DNA of 64,000 nucleotides from the NCBI GenBank assembly GCA_963777155.1, contig CAVZPM010000001.1, positions 128,001-192,000 on the forward strand. The letters run 5' to 3'. The notes under the pieces are model-generated. The model saw only the letters and a program-made list of their open reading frames with translations. It was not told the origin of the DNA and made no database searches. Below are positions 49,599 through 58,224 of this stretch, one piece after another. The translations under genes and the position numbers were made by a program. Within the stretch, counting starts at the first letter, position 1, and each line of letters opens with the position of its first letter. Source of the DNA: Candidatus Bathyarchaeota archaeon (lineage in GTDB: Archaea; Thermoproteota; Bathyarchaeia; Bathyarchaeales; Bathycorpusculaceae).

Positions 49599-50738
49599 AT
49601 GCAAAAAATAAGCCTTAGCTTTGCTATACTAACTTCTGTTTTAGTGATAATTTTCTTAATGGAACCTATAGCTCAAGTTAGAGTAGCAGATGCTAATCCT
49701 ACTTGGGGAACGTCTGCAACTCCAATACCACCCATCACAGACCCTCCTCAAATAATCATTAACTCCCCAAGCCCCACAGAATACAACAATCCAGTTGCAT
49801 TGAACATAACAATAATTCAACCAGACTCATGGGTAAGCAAAACTAGCTTTGCTCTACCAAATGGATGGGTAGATAATTCGGATAGCGTAGTTGTTGGACA
49901 AAATACGTTAAGGTCAATAACTTGCATTATTGATGGGCAATCAATCATCTTCTGGAAGGGCACACCCGTTGGCTATGGAATTACCTATTATTTACCTAAA
50001 GTTACACAGTTTTCAGCTGTTATGAATTTAAGCAAAGGAGAACACAGCTTGCAAGTAAACGTTTTCGCAGAGTCAGCGTGGGTTACAGAAGGCATTATCC
50101 CATTCGCAGAAAGAACTTATCTCATTTCAGCTAACCAAAGTACAACGTTTAGAGTTGAAGACGGTTCAGAGGCTCCAATGATATACGATATAAGAAGTTC
50201 CTATGTAATTTGGCAAGCATCCTCTGCCTCAATGCCTTCACCCACTTCAGCTCCTCCTCAACCTCTAAGTCCACAACAAAATCCAACAACTGCCTTGTCC
50301 TTTACACCTTTCATTGTTTCGCCTAAGAATCAAACAACCTACAGTACTAATCAAGTGCCGTTAATTTACACGATTGGCAGCGATGTTCTCTGGTCTTACT
50401 ATTCTTTGGATATAGGAAATAATTCTGCTTTGCGAAATTTTAATGGCAACATTACCTTAACTGACCTTTCTGAAGGTCAACATGAGCTAATGGTGGCTGT
50501 GACAACAAAATCAAGCTATTTTTACGACCAACCAACCCAAACTATACAAACAATTTTGTTTTTTGTAAACACCACAAACCCATCGTCTATCCTTATATCT
50601 ACTCCCACTACCGAGCCATTCCCAGTTCCAACACAGATTCCAGAGTTTTCATGGTTGATGATTCTGCCCCTATTCCTTTCAATACTCTTTATTGTAGTCC
50701 TACTTAGAAATAGAAAGTTGGGTTGTGGCTATGATTAA
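49599..50738 (+). CDS. Surface protein, two Ig-like repeats, PEF-CTERM-like tail
   Basis: ADA|NP signal end; two SP.N..Y...LSEG.H.L.V units; IPEF-TM-RNRK. Confidence 0.85.
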   Translation: MQKISLSFAILTSVLVIIFLMEPIAQVRVADANPTWGTSATPIPPITDPPQIIINSPSPTEYNNPVALNITIIQPDSWVSKTSFALPNGWVDNSDSVVVGQNTLRSITCIIDGQSIIFWKGTPVGYGITYYLPKVTQFSAVMNLSKGEHSLQVNVFAESAWVTEGIIPFAERTYLISANQSTTFRVEDGSEAPMIYDIRSSYVIWQASSASMPSPTSAPPQPLSPQQNPTTALSFTPFIVSPKNQTTYSTNQVPLIYTIGSDVLWSYYSLDIGNNSALRNFNGNITLTDLSEGQHELMVAVTTKSSYFYDQPTQTIQTILFFVNTTNPSSILISTPTTEPFPVPTQIPEFSWLMILPLFLSILFIVVLLRNRKLGCGYD

Positions 50739-51405
50739 AATATCCTTCATAGCGATATTCACTATCTTTCTATTGGTTCTTTCAACATTAAGTGCCAAAC
50801 AGTATGAAGCGGTTAAGGCTAATCCCATTTCTGTGAGTGTTCCAGATAACCCTGATACTAATCAACCAATAATAACAGTAAACAACCCAAAAAATGACAT
50901 TAACTTGAATATTACTTGCTTTACTCTAACCTTCACTGTAAAAAAGCCATCTTCTTGGTTTAGCTTCTATCCCGTTCATGGCGATTTGATTTCAATTAGC
51001 TATCTTCTTGACGGAGAAAAGACTGATGTTGCAAGTAGCGACTTGGATACTGATCATTATAGCTCAAAACCATTAACGTTCACTGAAACTATTTCTGAGT
51101 TGTCTGAGGGTAACCACAGTTTACAAGTTTATGTACGTTCAGTTAGTTACTATCTTGACCCAAATAGACCAGCTGAAAATTCCACTTATGGTTGGTGGAT
51201 GTATCCACCAGCTAATAATTTCATGGATACCTATTCAAATATTAATTTCACCGTAAACACAATCCATAACTCACCAACGGTTCCTTCAACTCCTACAATT
51301 CCAGAATTTTCTGTACCCTTAGACATCACATTTCTTGTTTTAGTAGCAGTGGCACTTGCAGTTTTAGTCAAGAGAAAGAATAAGTTAAGTGGTAGCTTTG
51401 ATTAA
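50725..51405 (+). CDS. Surface protein, PEF-CTERM-like tail
   Basis: VKA|NP; YLLDG, LSEGNHSLQV; IPEF-TM-KRK. Confidence 0.85.
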   Translation: MAMIKISFIAIFTIFLLVLSTLSAKQYEAVKANPISVSVPDNPDTNQPIITVNNPKNDINLNITCFTLTFTVKKPSSWFSFYPVHGDLISISYLLDGEKTDVASSDLDTDHYSSKPLTFTETISELSEGNHSLQVYVRSVSYYLDPNRPAENSTYGWWMYPPANNFMDTYSNINFTVNTIHNSPTVPSTPTIPEFSVPLDITFLVLVAVALAVLVKRKNKLSGSFD

Positions 51406-52015
51406 GAAATCATTCATAACAACGATTAGTATTTTATTGCTGGTGATTTCAATATTAAGTTCGATGCAGGTTGAGGTTGTAGATGCTAATCCTCTCCCTT
51501 GGATATTTGACCCCAAGATGACTGTTACCATTAAATCTCCAGCGAATGGGTCAGTTAATTTTCTGCCTGTTTCAGTAAGTTTTGCATCTCACGCTGACAA
51601 CCAATTTTCTGTCTCTGATGACTACACAGATGAGTGGGTTAGGTCATTCTTCTACGTTTTAGATGGGCAAGATATGGGGACTAAGGGCACGCGGTTTGAA
51701 GGAACAAAAACTACAACAATCTCTGAAAAAGGTATAGAAAATGGTTATCGTTTTGATGGGCAAGCATATATAGCAAATTTAGCTGATGGGCCTCATAACA
51801 TTACAGTCTATTATGGTGCAGTCAACAGAATTGGTAATGTTGGCACTCCAGAAGAACGAATAATTATTAATCCAACTTGGCAAGCTACTTCCCAATTCTA
51901 TGTTATGAGTAGTCTTCCCTATATCATCGGAATAGTTGCTGTTGTGATTTTAGTCATTGTGGGCTTATTAGTTTACTTCAAGAAATACAAACACAACTTA
52001 ATCAAGAAACTTTGA
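51389..52015 (+). CDS. Surface protein with C-terminal TM
   Basis: VDA|NP; YVLDG, LADGPHNITVY; TM-KKYK. Confidence 0.85.
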   Translation: MVALIKKSFITTISILLLVISILSSMQVEVVDANPLPWIFDPKMTVTIKSPANGSVNFLPVSVSFASHADNQFSVSDDYTDEWVRSFFYVLDGQDMGTKGTRFEGTKTTTISEKGIENGYRFDGQAYIANLADGPHNITVYYGAVNRIGNVGTPEERIIINPTWQATSQFYVMSSLPYIIGIVAVVILVIVGLLVYFKKYKHNLIKKL

Positions 52016-52022
52016 CTGTAAG

Positions 52023-52055
52023 AGTGTTCCATTTTGGAACATGAATAGAGATAAG
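52023..52055 (+). promoter_or_regulatory. TGTTCC-N5-GGAACA palindrome and promoter
   Basis: AGTGTTCCATTTTGGAACA, 18 of 19 nt identical to 49508 copy; followed by TGAATAGA. Confidence 0.6.
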
Positions 52056-52065
52056 TGCAAGCCTT

Positions 52066-52762
52066 TTGAAGAGTAATATGATTGCTATGATTGGCAAATC
52101 AATAGCAAGAATTACATTCGCGTTGATACTCATTTTCTTATTAGCTGGACTACAATTTAGCAAGCCAGCAGAAGCTAATCCCTTTTGGATTTACCACTTA
52201 ATTGAGCCAATTCCAGGTACAATCCCCCCAAAAATAATAATGTTTAGCCCGCAAAACAGCACAATATACCCTTCAGATAATATTACAATCAGTTTTTATG
52301 TAGACAAACCCAAACTAGAAAATGCATGAATCATCCATAATTAACATTACTTATACATTGGATGATAAAACAGTCCAAGCCTTCACAATTTGGAAAAATG
52401 GAGGCGCTGGGTCAGATTCAGGGGTTCCAAACTTTAACACCTCTTTTACCTCACCCCCGTTATCCACAGGAAATCACAACTTAACTGTGTATGCTGAAGG
52501 CGTGTTATTTGCTGGTGATTTAGCCATTTTCTTCATGAATAGTTTCTCAACAATCTTTTTTACCATGGGCATTTCATCTTTAGAGCCAAGTCCTGCTCCC
52601 ACAACTAGCTCATTTATACCAACACCTACACCTATTGGATTAGTAAGTACTGATTCAAGCACTCTGGCTAACTTAGAATTAATCATGGCAGTAATAGTTG
52701 TTGCATGTGTATGCTTGATCGTAGGTTTATTGTTAAAAAGAAAACATGAAGTGAAGAGATAG
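52066..52762 (+). CDS. Surface protein with C-terminal TM (one extra A at ~52320)
   Basis: AEA|NP; SPQN..Y; YTLDD, LSTGNHNLTVY; TM-KRK. Confidence 0.8.
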
Positions 52763-52765
52763 GAA

Positions 52766-53587
52766 TTGATGAAAAAAGAAATTGTAATAACGCTCACACT
52801 GGCACTTTTAATTTCAACATTGTCGGGTTCTTTGTTTTTTGAACCAGCAATGGCTAATCCTGAAGGCTCAATTCCAACTCTCTCTATGCCAGTAGAATAC
52901 ATCAACTATACCATAACAAGCATAAACGGCACGTTGTGGGCAAAGATTGATGGAGACTACCCTATTTATCTTCTGAAACAACCTGATTGTAGCTTTGCTG
53001 GTGACTTACCAATGGTTTACCCCATGCCTCCACAAACAACCAACATAAGAGTAAGCTTAGATGGCAAAGAAATGAGTTGGAGCAACTATACCCAAAGTTA
53101 TGCTGAAGCTCTGCACCATACTGCTATAGGTGACTGGTGGATGATTTATGCCAATCTTGAGAATGTCTCAGACTATTTTGAACTGAGAATTCACTATGAG
53201 CATCCACTTGAAATGGTCAATGGGTCTTATCTTTTCCTCTATGACCTAAACATAAGCCCATACCTGACATTGCAGAGTAATAACTCAACAGCATATTTTA
53301 AAGTGTACATGGAGACTAACTTCGCAAGCCTAAAAGCTTATACCACACAGACCGACATCAAATGGAACCCAGAGAATTTTACTCTAACAAAAAATGGCTC
53401 AACAGAAGTTGTTTCAGTACAGATGTATTCTGAATATGGAAAGCCTTTGGCAGGTGATTTAGTGGTAGAATTCTCTCAAAACAGACAGGTTAGCGAGTTT
53501 CCCCTATGGACTTTGACTGCAATTTCAATAGGCGCATTATTGGGTGCTTTGCTATACAAGAGAAAAACTGCAAAACAATTCTACTAA
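52766..53587 (+). CDS. Surface protein, PEF-like (SEFP) tail
   Basis: AMA|NP; different body; VSEFP-TM-KRK. Confidence 0.85.
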   Translation: MMKKEIVITLTLALLISTLSGSLFFEPAMANPEGSIPTLSMPVEYINYTITSINGTLWAKIDGDYPIYLLKQPDCSFAGDLPMVYPMPPQTTNIRVSLDGKEMSWSNYTQSYAEALHHTAIGDWWMIYANLENVSDYFELRIHYEHPLEMVNGSYLFLYDLNISPYLTLQSNNSTAYFKVYMETNFASLKAYTTQTDIKWNPENFTLTKNGSTEVVSVQMYSEYGKPLAGDLVVEFSQNRQVSEFPLWTLTAISIGALLGALLYKRKTAKQFY

Positions 53588-53625
53588 ACCAGTCAAACTC
53601 CGCTTTAGGTTGTAGCTGGACGGGA

Positions 53626-53661
53626 TTAGTCAACAATCTTTGACGAAAAGCCATATAAAAT
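53626..53661 (+). promoter_or_regulatory. Operator TTAGTCAA-N6-TTGACGAA next to BRE/TATA
   Basis: TTAGTCAA CAATCT TTGACGAA AAGCCA TATAAAAT; same layout as the 39451-39486 promoter. Confidence 0.6.
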
Positions 53662-53710
53662 ATCTGTAATCTATTTGCACTTGTCTTATATCCTGAAAAG
53701 TTGTCTACAA

Positions 53711-54539
53711 ATGACACACCAGATAAAAAATAAAAAAATCTTCTTCACCATTATACTTGGTTTGATAGTGGCATCTGGACAAATTTGCGTTGGGCATTCA
53801 GCGTCTTCTTCCAGATCAGAATAGGGCGTTAGCGTTCATTGAAAACGTACTTCCAATGGATATTTCCAAATTTAACATTGAGCTCAAAGTTGACAGCAAT
53901 GCATCAGATATTTCTAAGGAACTTGGTACGCATGGCAACTTGACCAAAAACGATAGAGTGTTGATTTATTTTTTAGGCTCAATGGTTGGCACTGCGGACA
54001 GTTTGGACGTCATTTTTGTAATTCGTGACAATATTTTTTTCCAAGGTGTAGTGGATATTGATCATGCTCCCTCTTATGGTGAATTCGGCGACTCAACAAA
54101 GGTAGATGATGTCAAAGATTTTCTCCTAAATTACCAGAACTGGTCAGGGCTTGATTCAACAAAAATGGTGGAAATGTTGTCAAATATCGACTTAGCTCAA
54201 GACGTTAACATAAGTTCAGGGGATCTAACGATGACTATCCAAAATACCGATGTTTCAAATAATCTGATGGAGATCCGTTGGGCAAACGCCTCTAGTGGAG
54301 TTAACGTAGAGTTTGATGTTTCATTTAAGAAAGGGTTTCCAGTTAGCTTCTATGATGAGCGCCAGATTCTTTCAAGCACCCCCACATCAATGCCAACTAT
54401 CAATACTGGTCCGGAACCACCGCAAACAGAGCCTTTTCCGACAACCTTTGCCGTGGCAACCATATTATTGGTGGCTGCTCTGGTTGCTGTCTTGCTGATT
54501 TACTTTATGAAACGCCGCCAAAAGGCTGCACAAGTATGA
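53711..54539 (+). CDS. Surface protein with EPFP-TM tail (one extra base at ~53808)
   Basis: Signal peptide MTHQIKNKKIFFTIILGLIVASG from 53711 joins the 53790 ORF after removing one base; TEPFPTT-TM-KRR. Confidence 0.78.
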
Positions 54540-54552
54540 TAGCTCCAATATC

Positions 54553-54596
54553 TGTTCCTGTATGAGAACACAATGTTCCTTGAGTAGAACTAAATG
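54553..54596 (+). promoter_or_regulatory. Tandem GTTC/GAAC boxes and TATA-like element
   Basis: TGTTCCTGTATGAGAACA-CAA-TGTTCCTTGAGTAGAAC-TAAATG; second box 16 of 17 nt identical to 49541-49557. Confidence 0.6.
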
Positions 54597-54630
54597 CCAC
54601 ACTAACGTCATTGTTTCAGTGTGATGGAGC

Positions 54631-55515
54631 ATGAAAAAGGCAGGAGTTCTGACCACAACCTTCGTTTTAGTCCTTTTTCTTTTAGCCTCATTCTTCATTG
54701 ACCTTCAAACCGCTAAGGCACAACCAAGGATTTCGTCGCCTGCCCAGACTATGGAAGATGAGCCCTACTCTTACGGTATCAATATCAGTTCTCCAACTAA
54801 CACTACCTACAGCTCAAATTCATTATTGCTAAACGTCACAGTAAGACGCCCGGTTAGCCCAAACGATTACGAATTCAAAATAATGTATAGCCTAAATGGA
54901 GATGCTAACGTCACTGTCCCGTCAACAGCAACCTTCTATGATAAGTCCACTCCAGATAGCATCCAGAGTTTCCTTGCCTCCTACACCTTAGCAAAAGGCG
55001 TTGCTTCTTTGTCCAACCTTTCAGAGGGTTCATATTACCTAACAGTCTATGGAATATATGAGCACAGAGGTCCGACAGCAGGAACAAATTGGCCAGCGGT
55101 AATGCATGACATCCAAACAGTCTATTTTTTGATAAATGACGGCGTTCCTCCATCCATAAAAACACTGCAAATTCAAAATGTAACTTACGAAAATATTTTG
55201 CCGTTAAATTTCAGTGTTGATGATCCAATTAGTTGGATGGGTTACAGTTTAGATGAGAAAGCAAACGTCACCTTTACTGGGAATACGACCCTAAGCGGGT
55301 TGGCGTATGGGTCTCATGTTTTGGCGGTTTATGCAAACGACACCTTTGGAAACATGGGAACAACCGGAAACCTGAATTTCACCATAGCGAATCCCGTTGC
55401 TTTCCCCACGGTTCAGACGGTTCCTGTGGCGTTTGTTTTAATTGCTATTGTCATTGTGGCGGCTGCTAGTTTACTGTTCTACCACAAAAAACACAAACGC
55501 AAAGGTGTTTTCTAG
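54631..55515 (+). CDS. Surface protein, two Ig-like repeats, C-terminal TM
   Basis: AKA|QP; ISSPTNTTY, YSLNG, LSEGSYYLTVY, GSHVLAVYANDTFGN; AFPT-TM-HKKHK. Confidence 0.85.
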   Translation: MKKAGVLTTTFVLVLFLLASFFIDLQTAKAQPRISSPAQTMEDEPYSYGINISSPTNTTYSSNSLLLNVTVRRPVSPNDYEFKIMYSLNGDANVTVPSTATFYDKSTPDSIQSFLASYTLAKGVASLSNLSEGSYYLTVYGIYEHRGPTAGTNWPAVMHDIQTVYFLINDGVPPSIKTLQIQNVTYENILPLNFSVDDPISWMGYSLDEKANVTFTGNTTLSGLAYGSHVLAVYANDTFGNMGTTGNLNFTIANPVAFPTVQTVPVAFVLIAIVIVAAASLLFYHKKHKRKGVF

Positions 55516-55531
55516 ATATTTTTTCTAAATA

Positions 55532-55801
55532 TTAGAGCATTTTTGAGAAATCATCATACACTTTACTTCTATGGTCTACAAAAAGAATGACTACTTGTTT
55601 TTTGTCTCGATCTATCTCGTAGATTACTCGATAGTCGCCTACTCTTAGGCTCCAGAAATCTGATTGCTTTAGAGCTTTTCCGATTTTGTCGGGGTTTTCA
55701 CGTAGTTGCTTTGCGCTCTCGATTATTCTTGTGCGGATATGTCTTTCAGTTTTTTGGAGTTCTTTTGCTGCTTTAGGGTGTAGGAGTACTTTGAAGCTCA
55801 C
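55532..55801 (-). CDS. relE: RelE/ParE family toxin
   Basis: A.KEL.K, L.ENP, LRVGDYRVIYEI, HRSKVY. Confidence 0.9.
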   Translation of the reverse strand: MSFKVLLHPKAAKELQKTERHIRTRIIESAKQLRENPDKIGKALKQSDFWSLRVGDYRVIYEIDRDKKQVVILFVDHRSKVYDDFSKML

Positions 55802-56019
55802 TCTATTTCCTCTATGGGGATGAGGGATTCTGGGTGTTGTTTTGCTTCTTCGCTTCGCTTCATGAGCATGTTAAAGAAGACGCATGTTTTTTCGCGTTCT
55901 TGGTAGTGTGATATGATTGATTTTATGGCGTCGCTTCGATTTTTGAAGCGTCCTTCTGCTACCCAATTGTCTATTTCTTCGAGGGTTTTTCGTGGAAGAC
56001 GCAATTGTACTTGAGCCAA
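55798..56019 (-). CDS. Ribbon-helix-helix antitoxin
   Basis: VQLRLP...EIDNWVAEGRFKNRSDAI; overlaps toxin start. Confidence 0.85.
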   Translation of the reverse strand: MAQVQLRLPRKTLEEIDNWVAEGRFKNRSDAIKSIISHYQEREKTCVFFNMLMKRSEEAKQHPESLIPIEEIE

Positions 56020-56123
56020 ATAAACCACTGTAAACAGTACTGTTTACAATCCACTTAAACATTTCCTTAGCATCCCTTTAGATGCACAAACTTGGATAAG
56101 TGGCTGCATAACTGGAAGAGGTC

Positions 56124-56435
56124 TTAGATAACATAGGTTTCTTGTATGGTTACTAAGCCGTTGTCACCCACAATTAACTTTAGATCAGGCAATAGTGGTT
56201 CAAGCTTCTCTTGAGTGTCAACCACTTCGATAATCAACGGCATATTTACCTGCACACCCTCGAGGTGCATTGTTGATTTTCCGCGTTTGCCAAACCCGTT
56301 TACACCAGTCCAAACGGTGGCGCCTTCGATGTGCGCTTTCATGAGGCAATCCATAATGAGTGCTTGCAGCCGTTTGCCGCCGACTTCATCGTTCTTCTTG
56401 ATTCTGATGGTTAAATTCCACATTTTTTGTCTCAA
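56124..56435 (-). CDS. DUF190 (PII-like) protein
   Basis: GATV..G..GFG, P.IIEVVD; usual crcB partner. Confidence 0.88.
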   Translation of the reverse strand: MRQKMWNLTIRIKKNDEVGGKRLQALIMDCLMKAHIEGATVWTGVNGFGKRGKSTMHLEGVQVNMPLIIEVVDTQEKLEPLLPDLKLIVGDNGLVTIQETYVI

Positions 56436-56821
56436 CGCACAAACCTCGCCATGATTTCGTCGCCAAGTAGTCTGCCGCCAAACACCGCTCCAAGCGACAA
56501 GCCCACGTTTGCTAGAATGTTTAGTGCCAGCAGGCTAAAACGGTTGCTGTCAAACAGGTTGCTGGTTTCCAGCGCGAAGGAAGACATGGTTGTGAAGGAA
56601 CCGCAGAACCCAACCGCTACGAGCAAGGTGTACTGTGGATCCAAATTTAACCCAACTGACATGATTGAGAACAAGCCCAAGATAAAACTGCCAATTACGT
56701 TAACTGCCAACACGTTGACGGGCAACCCATAAAACGCCACTGGAGACTCAACCATTTTGTAACGTAGAAAAGCACCTACAACTGCGCCTACCGCCAAGAG
56801 AGCAAACTCGATCCACTTCAT
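56432..56821 (-). CDS. crcB: Fluoride channel Fluc/CrcB
   Basis: GA..GA.LRY, NV.GSF, GFCGSFTTMSSF. Confidence 0.93.
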   Translation of the reverse strand: MKWIEFALLAVGAVVGAFLRYKMVESPVAFYGLPVNVLAVNVIGSFILGLFSIMSVGLNLDPQYTLLVAVGFCGSFTTMSSFALETSNLFDSNRFSLLALNILANVGLSLGAVFGGRLLGDEIMARFVR

Positions 56822-56843
56822 ATGCTTACCTTCCAATTGTTAG

Positions 56844-56907
56844 GTAGGCATTATCAGCACCCGTTGCGGCTGCGGTTTTGGCGTTTGCCACGGCTAATGC
56901 CATAGCC
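56844..56907 (-). ncRNA. Fluoride riboswitch (crcB motif)
   Basis: GGCTATGGCATTAGCC...AAAACCGC...GCTGATAATGCCTAC directly upstream of crcB; GGCATT/AATGCC pseudoknot; TTTTAATA box upstream. Confidence 0.9.
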
Positions 56908-57045
56908 AAACACCCTTGCAGCTTTTAGTTATTAAAACTTTATCGCCTAAAAACACAAATTGTGTCTTCCGATTGAGCGTTTGTTTTTGATGATGAGCTA
57001 ATGCTATATATTACCTGATTTAATACTTCAAAGTGGATTAGAAAC

Positions 57046-57972
57046 ATGGCTGTTCAAAACTCCGATGTAGCAGTGGTTGGTCACTTCTCGATCGACACCA
57101 TCAATTTACCGAGCAGAACAGCCCCCTTTGTTATCGTAGGCGGCGCAGCAACCTACACTTCAATGGCTGCTAGATGTTTAGATGCCACCGTTTCGGTTAT
57201 CTCTAAGGTTGGTGGGAACTTTCCGCAAGCATACCTTTGGTGGCTAAGCCAAGAAGGCATCGACGTTTCCGCCGTCACAAAAATTGCAGGGGAGCAGACA
57301 ACCTGCTTTGAGCTTACCTACAGCAAAGACCTCTCCGAACGCACCTTAAAGCTCAAGAGCAAAGGACCGCCCCTAAGCCCTAAGGATGTGCCCAAGGATT
57401 TTCATGCAAAAGCAGTTCACATTGCCCCTATAGCCAACGAAATTCCCTTTGAATTAGTGGAAGAACTCAAGCAACGTGCTGATCTTTTGTCGCTTGACCC
57501 GCAGGGTTTGCTTCGAAGCTTCGACGTTGATGGGAACGTCTCGAACAACGCCGAAATAGACAATCGAATCTTTGGTCTAATCAACATCTACAAGTCCTCC
57601 CAAAACGAAATCTACGCATTAACTGGTGAATCAGAACTTAAACCCGCAATAAAGGCAATCCACGATGTAGGCGTTGAAACAGTCCTAGTAACAATGGGCG
57701 CCAAAGGTTCCGTACTATCAGTCGAAGGAGCCCAATACAATATTGACGCTTGCCCTTCACAGGTTCTTGTTGACCCAACAGGCGCAGGAGACGTCTTCAT
57801 CGGTGCCTTCCTGACCGAGTATCTGCGGCAAAAAGAATCCCTGTGGTGTGCCAGTGTCGGTTCAGCTGCAGCATCATGCGTTGTTGAGGGGATAGGTCCC
57901 ACTTACTTTGGCAAAAAAGAAGAGATCTATCGAAGAGCCACAGAGTTGTATGAAAAGAAACTTAAGCAATAG
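57046..57972 (+). CDS. PfkB family carbohydrate kinase
   Basis: GGA..Y, VTMGAKG, DPTGAGD. Confidence 0.9.
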   Translation: MAVQNSDVAVVGHFSIDTINLPSRTAPFVIVGGAATYTSMAARCLDATVSVISKVGGNFPQAYLWWLSQEGIDVSAVTKIAGEQTTCFELTYSKDLSERTLKLKSKGPPLSPKDVPKDFHAKAVHIAPIANEIPFELVEELKQRADLLSLDPQGLLRSFDVDGNVSNNAEIDNRIFGLINIYKSSQNEIYALTGESELKPAIKAIHDVGVETVLVTMGAKGSVLSVEGAQYNIDACPSQVLVDPTGAGDVFIGAFLTEYLRQKESLWCASVGSAAASCVVEGIGPTYFGKKEEIYRRATELYEKKLKQ

Positions 57973-58011
57973 CATCATATGTACGTAGTTAAACTTGACG
58001 AGGCATTGATT

Positions 58012-58212
58012 ATGGGGCGTATAGACAAAGGAGAAAAATGCAGCGTTTGCGGCAAAATCGCAGAGCGTTCATTATCAGCTGACAAAGTTAAGGCTGCCGG
58101 ATTAAGTGTTGGCAGCGCAGATAAACGTGCTTACCTCTGCAAAGACCACTACAAAGAGTTCAAGAAGAAAACCAAGAAAGACAAAACCCTAGATAAATGG
58201 CGTTACGGTTAA
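58012..58212 (+). CDS. Small zinc-finger protein
   Basis: CSVC...LCKDHY, basic tail; GAGG upstream. Confidence 0.8.
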   Translation: MGRIDKGEKCSVCGKIAERSLSADKVKAAGLSVGSADKRAYLCKDHYKEFKKKTKKDKTLDKWRYG

Positions 58213-58224
58213 AGAGGCATCTAT

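Noticed and set aside
49599-55515. Integron cassette array
   Set aside because: Several genes overlap or abut with no room for attC sites; no integrase in window
56990-57018. ATGATGA...CTGA C/D-like pair
   Set aside because: Only one box pair and it overlaps the TATA element of the pfkB gene
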